Positions 18,147 through 32,064 are shown, numbered from the stretch's first letter. The stretch: 64,000 bases of DNA from the human T2T-CHM13v2.0 reference genome, Homo sapiens (GCF_009914755.1 NC_060929.1); one strand, 5' to 3'. Notes: a model not told the origin generated them from the letters alone. A program made the numbers and translations.

Positions 18147-20158
18147 TCAAAGATAAAGAGGGCATTATACAATGATAAAGAGTTCAACACAACAAGATTT
18201 AACCATCCTAGATATATATGCACCCAACATCAGAGCATTCAGATTTATAAGACAAATACTACTAGACCTATAAAAAGAGATAGACAGCCATACAATAATA
18301 GTTGAGGACTTCAACATCAACACTTCACTGACAGCACTAGACAGATGATTGAGTTAGAAAACTAACAAACAAACTCTAGATTTAAGTTGGACTCTTGACC
18401 TAAGTTGGACTCTTGACCAAATGGACCTAGTAGACATCTATAGAACACTCCACCCGACAACTGCAAAATACACATTTTTCTCATCTGCACATGGAACATT
18501 CTCTAAAATTGGCCATCTGCTTGGTTGTAAAGAAAGTCTGAATAAATTCAAAGAAATCAAAACTACATCAAACATCTTCTCAGATCACAGTGGAATAAAA
18601 TTAGAAATCGATACCAAGAAGAACTCCAAAAATCACACAAGTACATAGAAACTAAACAATTTGCCCCTGGCTGACTTTTGGGTAAACAAAAAACTAAGAC
18701 AGAAGTAAAAAAAATACAATTGAAACAAATGAAAATAGAGACACAACATACATACCAAAAGCTCTGGGATACAGTAAATGCAGTGTTAAGAGGAAAGTTT
18801 ATAGCACTAAATGCCTACATAAAAAAACATCTCAAATTAAGAACCTAATATCACACCTAAAGGAACTAGAAAAACAAGTACAAATGAAACCCCAAGCTAC
18901 CAACAAAAAAGAAATAACAAAGATCAGAACAGAACTAAATGAAATTGAGACCAAAAGAAATCATACAAAGGATTAATGAAATGAAAGTTGGTTCTTTCTT
19001 TGAAAGGATAAATAAAATTGACAGACCATTAACTATAATAACCAACAAAAAAGAGAGAATATTCAAACACAATCAGAAATGACAAAGGTGACATTATAAC
19101 TTATACCACAGAAATACGAAAGATCCTCAGAGACAACTGTGAACATCTCTATGTACACAAACCAAAAAACCTAGAGAAAATGGATAAATTCTCAGAAATG
19201 TACAACCTCCGAAGATTGGACCAGGAAGAAGTTGAGATCCTGAATAGCCCAAGAGCAAATTATAAAATTGAATAAGTAATGAAAAATCTACCAAACAAAA
19301 GAGCCCTAGACCAGATGGATTTACAGCCAAATCTTCCCAGACATACAAAGAGCTGGTATCGATTTAATGGAAACTATTCCCAAAAAATCAAGGAGGGATT
19401 CCTCCCTAACTCATTCTACAAAACAGTTATCAACAAAATCTGGTAATGATACAACAAAAAAAGAAAACTACAGCCCAATATCCCTGATGAACATAGACAC
19501 AAACATCTTCAACAAATACCATCAAAGTGAATCCAACAGCATATCAAAAATAGAATTCATCATGACCAAGTGAGCTTTATTCCTGGAATGCATGGATGAT
19601 TCAGCAGACACGAATCAGTAAGTATGATTCACCACATAAACAGAATTAAAAACAAAAACCGTATGATCATCTCAACGTACACAGAAAAAGCCTTCAATAA
19701 AATCCACATCCTTTCATGATAAAAACCTTCAACAAACTAGGCATCAAAGGAACACACCCCAAAATAATAATTATTATTTTGACAAACTCACAGTGAACAT
19801 CATATTGAACAGGCTAAAGTTGAAAGTATTTCTCCTAAAAACTGGAGCGAGATAAGGATGTCCACTTTCACCACTCTAATTCAATACAGTACTGGAAGCC
19901 CTAGCCAGGGCAATCAGGCAAGACAAAAATAAATAAATAAAAGGCATCCTAATGAGAAATGAAGGAGTCAAATTGTATGCCACATGGTCCTATACCTAGA
20001 GGACCCTAAAGATCCTCTAAAACACCTCTAGACCTGATAAACAACATCAGTAAAATTTCAGAACACAAAATTAATACTGAAAAACCAGTTGCTTTTCTAT
20101 ACACCAACAATGCTCAAGCTGAAAACCAAATCAAGAATTCAATCCAATTTACAAATAC

Positions 20159-20785
20159 TGCGTCCAGAATTGGTTCCTTCTGGTGGGTTCTTGATCTCGC
20201 TGAATTCAAGAATGAAGCCGCAGACCCTCGAGGTGAGTGTTACAGTTCTTAAAGATGGTGTGTCCGGAGTTTGTTCCTTCAGATGTTCAGATGTGTCCAG
20301 AGTTTCTTCCTTCCAGTGGGCTCGTGGTCTCACTTGACTCCAGGAGTGAAGCCACAGACCTTCGCAGTGAGTGTTACAGCTCTTAAAGGTGGCACCTCTG
20401 GAGTTGTTTGTTTCTCCTGGTGGGTTTGTTGCCTCCCTGGCTTCAGAAGTGAAGCTGCACACCTTCGTGGTTAGTGTTACAGCTCATAAAGGTAGTGCGG
20501 ACCCAAAGACTGAGTAGCAACAAGATTTATTGCAAAAAGCAAAACAACAAAGCTTCACAACGTGGAAGCAGACCCAGGCGAGTTGCCACTGCCTGCTTTT
20601 ATTCCCTTATTTAGCCCCACCCACATCCTGCTGATTGGTCCATTTTGACAGAGTGCTGACTGGTGCATTTACAAACCTTTAGCTAGACACAGAGCACTGA
20701 TTGGTGCATTTACAATCCTTTAGCTAGACAGAAAAGTTCTCCAAGTCCCCACCTGGCCCAGAAGCCCAGCCAGCTTCAGCTCTCA
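20159..20785 (-). mobile_element. LTR12 (ERV9) solo LTR inside L1PB
   Basis: TG...CA ends; repeated gaagccgcagaccctcg units; ctgattggt (CCAAT) repeats; 4-bp TSD atac/gtac. Confidence 0.93.
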
Positions 20786-20888
20786 GTACCACACACATAA
20801 AAGAAATACTTATGAATACATTTAATCGAAGAGGTGAAAGGTCTCTGAAAAAGAACTATAAAACATTGATGAAAGAAACTGTAGATGA

Positions 20889-21256
<368 letters not shown>

Positions 21257-23074
21257 TAAAATGACTATATGGCCCAAAGCAATCTACAGATTCAACACAA
21301 TACCTGTCAGATTACCAACACTGTTTATCATAGCATTAGAATAAAAATATCTAAAATTTATACCAAACCAAAAAGAGCATGAATAGTCAAAGCAATCCTA
21401 AGCAAAAAGGAGAAAGCCAGAGGCAACATATCACCCAACTTCAAACTATAGTAACCAAAACAGCATGGTACTGGTACAAAAATAGACATATAGATCAATG
21501 AAACAGAATAGAGAACACAGAAATAAAGCCACATACCTACCATCAACTGATTTTCAGCAAAGTTGACAAAAATTGACAATGTGGAAAGGATTAAATAAAT
21601 GGTGTTGGGAAAACTAGATAGCAATATCCAGAAGAAAGGATTCCTCTTGAGGAATCTCAAATCAATCCGAGTTAATTTTTGGATATAGAGGGAGGTATGG
21701 GACCATATACAAAAAAATGAACTCGAGATAGATTAAAGATTTAAATGTAAGACCTGAAACTGCAAAAATCCTACAGGAAAACCTGGAAATGATTCTTCTG
21801 AACATTGTCCTTGAATTTATGACTAAAACCTCAAAAGCAAATGCAATGAAAACAAAAATAGATAAATGGAACTTAATTAAGGAGCTTAGTAAACAATCAA
21901 CAGAGTAAACAGACAACCTACAGAGTGGAAGAAAATATTTTCAAATTATGCATCTAACAAAGGACTAATATTCAGAATCTACAAGGAATTTAACAAATTA
22001 ACAAGAATAAAACAGCCCCGTTGAAAAGCAGGCAAATGACATGAACAGACACCGCTCCAAAGAAGACAGACAAGTAGCCAAAAAAATATAAAAAAATGCT
22101 CAACATCATTCATCATCAGAGAAATGCAAGTTAAAACCACAATGAGATACCATCTCACACCAGCCAGAATGGCTATTAATAAAAAGTCAAAAAATGACAG
22201 ATGTTGGCAAGTATGCAGAGTAAATGGAACACTTATATACTGTTGGTGGAAATGCATATTAGTTCAATCCCTATGGAAAACAGTATGGAGATTTCTCAAA
22301 GAACTAAAAATAGAACTACCATTCAACCCAGCAGTCCCACTACTGGGTATCTACCCAAAGGAAAGGAAATCATTTTATCAAAAAGACACCTGCACTTGTA
22401 TGTTATTGCAGCACTATTCACAATAGCAAAGTCATGGAATCGATCTAAGTGTCTGTCAACAATGGACTGGATAAAGAAAATGTGATACATATATACACCA
22501 TGAAATGTTACACAGCCATAAAAAAGAATAAAATCTTGTCCTTCACACCAACATGGATGTAGCAAGAGGCCAGTATCCTACATGAAATAACTCAGAAACA
22601 GAAAATCAAACACCACATGTATTCACTTATAAGTAGGAGCTAGTCAATGGGTATATATGGACATAAAGATGGAAATGATAGACACTTTCAACTTAAATGT
22701 AGGAAGGGTGGGAGAGGGAGAAAGGGTTGAAAAACTACCTATTGGCTATTATGTTCACTATTTGGGTGATGGGTTCACTGCAAGCCCAAACTCCAGTATT
22801 ACACAATATATCAATATATATTGATATATGATATCGATATACCATATATCAATATATCGATACATCAAATATATGTATCGATATATCAGTATATCAAATA
22901 TACTATGTAATAAACCTTCAATGTACCCCTAAATCTATAATTTTTTAACAGAAGAGTTTTAGTTGCTCCAAATATATACCAAAATGCTTTAAGAGTCTAA
23001 ACTCTTCAAGTTGTACAATTTAAATATATTCAGTTATTGTGTTTTGATTATACCTTAATAAAAGCTACCAAAAT

Positions 23075-23152
23075 CATAACTGAAAAAAATTTTTCTTTAT
23101 AAATTACTGTTTCAGGTATTCTGTTATAAGCAACAGAAAGCAAACTATAACA
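23075..23152 (+). mobile_element. 3' end of the MST LTR
   Basis: tttctttataaattac...caggtattctgttataagcaacagaaa...ctataaca. Confidence 0.8.
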
Positions 23153-24067
23153 CAAGGGAATGGCAAACACAAAATTTAGGGTGAGTGGGGGAGGCAAGTG
23201 GATTGAATAGGGAGGAAACACAGATAGAGCCAACAGTGTGGATAAGTTCTAACTCTTAACTTGGGAATTCTCTAGGGGTGTTCATTTGATTATGTTTCAT
23301 AGTACACATATTTGCTGTGGTTTTCTTTAATGTCTATCAAGTATCATGTAATGAAATGTAATCTCCAAAAACTAATTGTTGCCTGGCGCATAATAGGCAC
23401 TCAATAAATATTTGTTTAATCACCAAAATTATTAAGCCCAGTAGGGTACCAAGGCAATAGAGCTCCCTCATTGACATTAAGGTGGTTAATGTTGACGAAT
23501 GTCCAGAGAGATATTAAGAACATAGACACCTGTGCCCAAGCCTGGAGGGTGGAAGCACCTACAAATTATTGAGAATGAAAGTTGTGCCACTGCCCAGAAA
23601 CAGAGGACCCAGAGATGGACCTAGGATTATTTACATGAAATAAGAAAAGTAGTATTTCACACATACCTGTATTCATAGGCCAATAATCATATTTAGTACA
23701 TGTTTTTCAAAATAGTCAACTACTATAGAGCAATCCAACACCCAGTGATGTAAGGTATTGAATTTGACAATCAATCCCAATATTTGTGTACTTTCTGGAA
23801 TGTCAACTTGGGCATCATGATGTTACATAATATAAATTACTGTTTGAATCACTGAACCTCTTCTGCTTTTTGTAAGATGAAGGTGAGTTCCACTGCAAAT
23901 TGCTGTATGAGACTGAGACTCCAGCTCTTCACTGAAAAAATAGAAACCACAACAGAACTAAATCACAAAGTATAAAAGTTTTTGTTGCTATTGCAAGCAT
24001 CAACACCTCCAAAAATATCTTTATTATTTATTAAGTGGTGACCCTCAGTATCAGCGTTCCCAAAAGC

Positions 24068-24253
24068 AATGGTTCTCAACATGTGGCTCCCTAGTCCAAT
24101 AGTGTCAGTGTCACCTGGGAAACTGTCAGAAATGCAAATTTCTAGGTTTAATCCCAGACCTACTGAATCTGAAAACCTGGTATTGTAGCCTAAGAATCTG
24201 AGTTTTATCAAGCTCTCTAGATCTCAGACATTCATAAAGTTTCAGTACTGCTG
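24068..24253. mobile_element. MER5A
   Basis: caatggttctcaa...agaaatgcaaatt...cccagacctactgaatc. Confidence 0.85.
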
Positions 24254-25529
24254 CTTAGAATAATAGAGAAATCCTCACCAAAAAAGTAATCCTTTGCTGA
24301 TGAAAAGATTATTTTAGCCAAGGCGTCTCTGTGGTTCATATATGTTTTTATCTTTCTTAAGTTTCTTAACTTAATTAAAAAAGAGTAGTTCAGAAGGGCT
24401 TTTCCTCCAATGATGATCCTTAAAGTCTTAGCTATCCTTACCTGTTTTATTAACCAAACACAATAGTGCCAGACACATAAGCTTCTCAGGAACCACTGAG
24501 AAGTATTGTTCAGATCAGGGTAAGATAGAATTTTGAAACTTGAATTTAACAGTAAATCAAGTGCTTGCACAATTTTCCCAGCGTCTCAGAGCTCTTTTGC
24601 ATGCAGGGGAAAAGAGCTTGTTGTATTTCCTGCAGGAGGCTGGTATGAGTGTCAATTTTTTTAATTGTTAATGTTCAGGGTGAGCAATCTGTGAGAGCCC
24701 TCGGGTGCTTTGGGAATGAAGATGAGATACAACACAACATGGTGCAGCTTCTTCTAAAAACTATTAAAGATTATTTATCCTAAGCAAATATGGGCTCTTG
24801 GGTTTTTTCCATGTGCAGAAGAAATCATTCTCTCAGGAGCCTGGCTTTGCAGAATAATTTATATAGAAAATCATGAATCCCCTGGGGAAAGCATACAAAT
24901 CACCTACAATAGAGGGAGAATATGGATAAAAATTCTTGCCAAGAAAGATGGTTTCCAGGGATCTACAAACAAGGACTCTTAGAATATCTAAAAAACTAGC
25001 TTCAGTTTTAAAATATCTCAGAAGTTCTAAAACAAAGATATTAGAAAGAAACATGGGATTTGCAAATATTTTTGAAGTAGCAAGAATAGTCAGAATGATG
25101 AACAGAATCTAAACAAGTGATTCGACAGTTAATTATGTATTACTTTAAGACATCTCCAAAGCCTTAAAAAGCTTATTGTTCCTGAATGTATTATTCAGTG
25201 TTAATATGCGCTTGTGCTGCTTTGTTTTCCCACCAAACTGATAAGCAAATACAACAGTGTCTTATAGAAATGGTCTTTACTTTCCATCATGAGACATTCA
25301 TAAAAAGGCTATAATCCAGTGGATCTTTGCAAATCAAGTTATATGATTCTATACCTAAAATGCTATAACTGAGGGATAAGTTCCCATAACATCTCAACAT
25401 CCAATGTATCACAAGCTAGAGTTGAAGAATAGATTCTACAACTTGCTTCCAAAAAGACATATCCTCTGTCTCTCTCCTCCACGACAGCTTTAAAAACTGT
25501 CCACCTTTCTCACTATATTCCACATTGTA

Positions 25530-25769
25530 GTGGCTCAATTCCAAGACCAAGTATCCCTAGAGAACCAGCAGAAGCTGTATCAGTTTTTATGGCCTAACCT
25601 CAGAAGTTATAAAACACCACTTCCGCCACAGTCAAAAGTCCATCAGGATTCAAAAGAAGGGAAAATAGGACCCACCTCTTGATGGGAGAAGTGTCAAAGT
25701 CTCACCAAAGGAACATAAGAGGTAAGTGATATTGTCATGACTATGTTTGGAAAATATAATCTGCCACAG
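25530..25769 (-). mobile_element. MLT1 (F-H-like) LTR fragment
   Basis: ccacctcttgatgggaga...ggaaaatataatctgccaca. Confidence 0.65.
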
Positions 25770-25779
25770 ATTGAACACA

Positions 25780-28240
25780 CATCTAATCTTGGTCCCTCCT
25801 GAAATTTCACTAAGACAATATTAAATTGATTTCTTTCCCAAAGCGTAAACCCCCAAACACAGGGAGAAGGAAAGAAGAAGCAACAATGAAAGTTTAGAAG
25901 CTGGAAAGCAGATGTTCAACTGGCAAAGGACTTAACAGACCCCAGAAAACTGAATCTCATACTAACAACAAGGAAAGCTGAAAACTCATTGGATTTATAA
26001 TACAGAATCCTCCAAAGACTAAGCATATGGTAGCATTAGATATCATTATAAGTGTGAGAAGGAAAGAGCTAAAACAATGAGGATTTTTAAAAGCAATCGA
26101 ATCCATCAGAGGCCTCCTCAGATTTAGGCAGCCAAACGACTGCACGTCTCCCATGATTGCACAATACTGGAGGCATGTTCTCTTTAAGCAATAAAACAGG
26201 GAGGGCTTTGAACTACAGAGTCAAGGGCAGAGGTAACATGGTGAAAAGAGGGGGATTAAGTATGTCCACTGCTGACTAAGACCTCCAGCTGTCCTTCCTT
26301 AGTTGGCTTCCAAAAAAGTAGCAGCTAGGCCTTCACTCTCCAGGCAGAGGACTGGAAACATCATCTCTGAGAAAACTTAGCACTTCAAGATAATGTATTT
26401 AAAGGTCACAAGACTAAAAGGCTCCACTGCATCATCCTAATGTGATGTTCTGAGATGATAAGACCCACTCATGCCTCAGAGTTTCCAATCAACTTTCTTG
26501 GCCCTCCAGAATTACAAGATATCTGAGGAAAGCCTGAAACATGAAAGGTAAGAAAAATTGGAAAAGCAACATGAAGAAAATAGACCATGCAAAGAAGAGA
26601 GAAGTTTTCTAATGTGTATATTATTAATACTCATTGAAACAAAAGAAAAGATACAACTGTGGGGAGAAAAACAGGATGTTATGCTAAAAGGAACATTCGG
26701 AGAACCAAAAGAGCTCCCAAGTAGCAAAAATATGATAAAAAATAACACTAAAATCTCCTCCTCCTCCCCAACCTCCCCACAAAAAAAAAAAAAAAAAAAA
26801 AACCTGATAGTACAAAGTGTTAAAAAGATGGCATGACTTCCAGGTCACTTGACTCCGAAGGACATAATGTACATGAGCTGGTAAACTGACAAATACAGAT
26901 TTAATGAAATTGTTTCAAATTATAAACATAACAACTAGTAGAAATAAAAACCTTCTTAGAAATCATCCTCAGAGGCAAGAATACAAAGAAAACATTGATT
27001 TCATGTAACAGCAAACAAGAAGAGTAGCAAAAATAATTTTAAATTTTAAAAAAATGAAAGTAACAAGAAAAATGAAAAGATCAATCCAGAAGGTCCAGTT
27101 TTAAATAGTATTCCATAAATGGAAAACTGAAAAAGAAGGGAAGAAAATTACAAATAAAATAGTTCAAAAACAATTTTCAAAATTGAAGGACCTTAAGATT
27201 CCAAGATGAAAGAAACATTAAATGTCTGATGTAATGGAGACAAATAGACCTGTATCTGAGCACATCATTTCGATACTTCAGAATACTGAGGACTAAGAGA
27301 AGATTCAACAAGCTTTCAGAAAGAAAAAGAAATAGTTCTCCTAAAAAGGAACAGGAATCAAAATGGCTTCAGACTCTTCTCAGCAGCAACTTCAGAAACT
27401 GGGAGCATCAAAAGCTAAGAAAGAAATGACTTCAGATTTCTGATGGAAAATGAATTCTATACCAAGGCAAATTCTCAATAAGGTCTAAAAAAGTTAAAGA
27501 CGTTTTCACATGAGGCAGTCTCCAAAGTTTTACCCCCATCCATCCTTTCTCAAGGAGTGCCTAGAGGCTCTGCTCCACCAAAACACATTTTAAAATGCAC
27601 AGGAAATAGGGAAGAACACAAGAAAGAAAGAATGAGTCCCTAGGATGATGGGGACAGAAGATCCCAGAATGACAGCTGAGTCACCAGACATAGAGGGTGA
27701 CCAGGCCAGAATGGAGCAGGTCAGAGGGTTCAGGAAATACTTCTTCTGGAATACTAAATTAATAGAATATTTGATGCACAGAAGTTTGTGGTTGAAAAGG
27801 TAATGTGTTCATAAAAACTAAGCAAAACCAGACAGCTTTTCACTTTGTAGAAAACTTAAACATTGTACCAGAGAAGAAAAGTGATGGAGTTCACTAAATA
27901 AGTCAGCTGTGAGAAGTGTTTACATAGTCATAACAATAATGTAAACAGTCAGTATTTATCTAATCAAAATTACCACATAACTTTAGTGGGAAGGTGGAGA
28001 GATGGGATGGCTGAGCCTATTTGTCAGAGGTGCAGGGAACAATGAGGTGAGCAAAAACCACCTTTTCGATAGTGGGAAGTCAACAGATTATACCTGACAC
28101 TGAAAACTCAGAGATAATACTACAACTATAACACTCAGCAACAGAGAGACAAGTAACAAAATAATTAGCTGGAAGTGGTTTCCTCTAGGGAGAGTAGTAA
28201 AGAGGTGTCTTTCATAAGAACCTTTGTAAAAGTTTTGACT
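25780..28240 (+). mobile_element. HAL1 (half-L1)-like element
   Basis: ORF1-like remnant 27080-27520, then ctttctcaag...tgctccaccaaaac...ggatgatgg...gatcccagaatgacagctg...ggagcagg. Confidence 0.7.
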
Positions 28241-28384
28241 TTTTAGTCAAATAAAGAAATACACGGGGGAAATAAACCTTTGTAAAAGTTTTGACTTTTT
28301 AGTCAAATAAAGAAATACACGGGGGAAATAAACCTTTGTAAAAGTTTTGACTTTTTAGTCAAATAAAGAAAAATACGGGGGAAA
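28219..28384. repeat. Minisatellite, about 3 x 56 bp
   Basis: Units start at 28219, 28275 and 28331; the first two are identical. Confidence 0.97.
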
Positions 28385-29986
28385 ATGAAAGAGCATCATT
28401 CAAACAGGAATATCTACATCAGCTTATTGGGAAATATAAGAATTAAGGCACATTTTTGAGGTGGTTTAACCATGCCAGTGATAAATTACAAACATCGGAA
28501 TTTTGCTTCCCAATTTCTCTGCTATCAGGACCTAATAGAAATCAAAGGCACTATTTAAATTTTCAACTGTTTTCAAGTCAGTTTCACTATTGTAACTTAC
28601 TAATTCTCATAGCATTCTGAATAGATAAAACATTCATTGGCAAGCTCTTGAGACTGAAAATGTGCATTTGAGGCAACCATGTCCTTAAAAGCAGCCATTT
28701 ACAATGGATTAGAAGAGTGCATGTCTTATGATTTTTATTATCTAATTGTAAAGTTATTTATAAGGTCTAAACCATCCTTTGAGAATAATGATAATACACT
28801 TGAAAATAACACTTCTGGATCATTTCTTTGAGGTTTTATGTATTTCCTTAACTCTTAAAAGGTTTTTGCTCACCTCTTTGCTCCCTGCACCTGACAAATA
28901 GGCTCAGCCTTTCCATCACATTTTTCCCATTTCATTTTTCCCCGTGTTTCACTTTAAGACTAATTGTAGACACACTTTGCTGAAAAACCATAAAATTCTG
29001 CTTCAACATACTTAGAGTTAACTAGTTTTTAGCATGCTAAGTCATGCATAATATTTAATGACCATCAAATTTTAGAAATAATTTTTCCAGATAATAATCA
29101 GCTAAATGTTGGATTATATTTGAATATGAAGGTTTGAGGCTTGACTCTTTTCATTTTGATCAATGATTAAGGGTTTAAAGCAAATTTTCTTGATCTTCTT
29201 AGTATTATCCTTATGATTCTGTCTTATAAAAAAAAGCTCCTCGAATATTGCTTTTAGATTTTTCTTAACATAGTAAATTTTTTACACCAAGTGTTTTTAT
29301 TTTCCTCACCAGAGGACACACAAAAAATCTGTTCATCATACAGTGAAGAAATATTTAAACATTAATAAACATTATGTATGCTTTTTGCAGATCAAATGCT
29401 TCCAAAATAAATTCCATTGTAATGAAAATCCACATTAAAAATAAGAAAATTTCTAAGCTACTAGTTGAAATTAATTTTTGTTAGTATTTGACATAAAATT
29501 AAAATCCAAATTAAGAAATTGGTCAAACTCCTACAGTCCATAATAATATGATTTGGCCATAAAAGTAGAACATCAGAATTTGCTTACATTTCCCTTTAAA
29601 TTAATAATGGACACAAAACCCATATACACTCAAGATACCCAAAGTAATGAATGTTGTAAAGGAAAAGAGTATAACATAAACTGTCATTCATCACAGCTTC
29701 AAACAAACAAAAAGCCACCTTTTATGGAGTTACTTGGCACACATTTATAATTCACACTAAATAAAATTACTCTTACTAAATTATCTTGATACCCTATTTC
29801 TATATATAATGGCATTCTGGTTGGGTTCAGTTCAGTATACCTCATTTCTCTTGTAAACTGTTCATTTCATGCCTATGGGCATAGCCTCCTTGCTTGCAGC
29901 CCACTTGATCCATTCATTTTGATTATCTTACCAAAGGTACAGAAACAATAAAAATTTTTAAAAAAATTATTATTAACTGCAAAATA

Positions 29987-30287
29987 GGCTGGGCACAGTG
30001 GCTCACGCCTGTAATCCCAGCACTTTGGGAGTCCCAGGTGGTTGGATCATGAGGTCAGGAGTTCAAGACCAGCCTGGTCAAGATGATGAAACCCTATCCC
30101 TACTGAAAATACAAAAAAAAATTGCTGGGCCTGGTGGCAGGTGCCTGTAATCCCAGATACTTGGGAGGCTGAGGCAGAGAATTGCTTGAACCTGGGAGGC
30201 GGAGGTTGCAGTGAGCCGAGATCATACCACTGCACTTCAGCCTGGGTGACAGAGGGAGACTCTGTCTCAAAAAAAAAAAAAGAAAAA
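29987..30287 (+). mobile_element. AluSg-like
   Basis: ggatcatgaggtcaggagttc...caagatg; A tail. Confidence 0.93.
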
Positions 30288-31519
30288 ATAATAATACTAA
30301 TAATAAATGAAAAATATAAATGAGCCAAATGAATGAATAAAAACCTGTTTTTTCCAAATCTGGTTTACCTAACAGAGATTAAGCACCTCTTATGTCAAAT
30401 AAATGTCATCCTCATTTTCCAAAAGCAACTTTAATGTGCCTACCATCCTGGATTATGCATTTCTAAACAACACAGAATCTGGAAACCTGCTTTAGGTAGA
30501 TAGATCATAAAAATGAATATCAATTCATTCCCTGCTAAATCTAATCTGCCCATTGTTGCTGAGATCCTTAACTTTTCTTGCTTTTTTCATGACAGATTTA
30601 GGTGAAAGATAATGCAAAGCCACATAAAATATTTCACCACATTAAACTTAACTCCCTAAGCATACCAGGAACTCTTGCATTTCCTAGAACTAAAAACCAT
30701 TACCTTACACTTCATGTGATTTATTTTGAGATTATATTTTGTGCACTGCTCAAAGAAAGCATTCAGCTGCTTCTGAAGGCCAATTGGGGTTTGAGAGATT
30801 AATGAATACTGAATCTTTAGTCTTGAAAAAGGAACAGTCATGCAGATGTTAAAAACATTTTGGGCATGAAAACTATGCCAAAAGTCTCAGTGATATCACA
30901 TAAATGGATGCTAAATAATGAAAGGCCATCACCCCATCATCTTCTCTTCTGAAGGATTTGATCATAATCCAGCATGTATCCTTCAACCTGTAAATTATTA
31001 ATTATAGCTAAAAGGAGATTTGGGAAATTTCATAGTGACTCATAGTCACTACTGATATTTGATATTTGCATAAATAAACCCCTGGATGTTTAAATGTCAT
31101 TTTGTCCTTATAAAGCAGGAGATGGAATTTTTTATCCAAATCACCCTATTCCAGGACACCAGGCAAAGGCTGAATTGTGCCGAAATCTGGTTAATGTAAG
31201 GGAAATGAGAGAAAAGCAGTAACTGCATGAGCAAACATACACAGAAAGAGACTTTGACAAGTTAGATCTAAAAATGGATAGGGAAAAATATAGGGATGGG
31301 AAATGGGAGCAAAATAGAAAAAAACACTGCAAATTATGGTATAATTCATTAGAAGGTCTAGACATACTCATTACTTATTTCTATCCATTTCTTTTCCAGA
31401 GGCATGTCTCTGTTTAAAGATAGCTGATGTGCTGGCAATAGTATGCAGATTACACGTTAAGTAAAAAGAAAAAAAGAAAGAAACAATTTCAAAATCATTT
31501 AGTTGATCGTGTAAATCAT

Positions 31520-31551
31520 TGTGTGTGTGTGTGTGCGCGTGCACACGCACA
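31520..31551. repeat. (TG)n / alternating purine-pyrimidine tract
   Basis: tgtgtgtgtgtgtgtgcgcgtgcacacgcac. Confidence 0.85.
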
Positions 31552-31693
31552 TCAATGCACTTGTGTATATACATGTATGCACAGGTATACAGATTCACCA
31601 TCCAGAACAAAATGTGAGGTGTCTTCTGTACTACACATATATACAAATAACTAGCCCCATGGTGAGATACGTAACCATGGACAGATGCTTGGA

Positions 31694-32064
31694 TGTATTA
31701 GTCCATTTTCACACTGTTGATAAAGACATACCTGAGACTGGGCAATTTACAAAAGAAAGAGCTTTAAAGGACTAACAGTTCCACATGGCTGGGGCGGCCT
31801 CACAATCATGGTGGAAGGCAAGGAGGAGCAAGTCATGTCTTATATCTATGACAGCAGGCAAAGAGACAGAATTTATGCAGGGGAACCCTTCTTTTAAAAA
31901 ATGATCAAATCTCATGAGACTTATTCACTATTGCAAGAACAACATAAGAAAGACCCACCTCCATGATTCAATACCTCCCACTGGGTCCCTCCCAAGACAC
32001 GTGGGAATTGTGGGAGTTATAATTCAAGATGAGATTTGGGGGAGGACACAGCCAAACCATATCA
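31694..32064 (-). mobile_element. THE1 (B-like) MaLR solo LTR
   Basis: tgtattagtccattttcac...gacacagccaaaccatatca. Confidence 0.93.

Noticed and set aside
24430-24650. Possible exon from splice-like motifs
   Set aside because: Isolated donor- and acceptor-like matches do not pair into a convincing exon on either strand.
28219-28384. CRISPR-like array (palindromic repeats)
   Set aside because: Units are head-to-tail with no unique spacers, there are no cas genes, and the context is mammalian.
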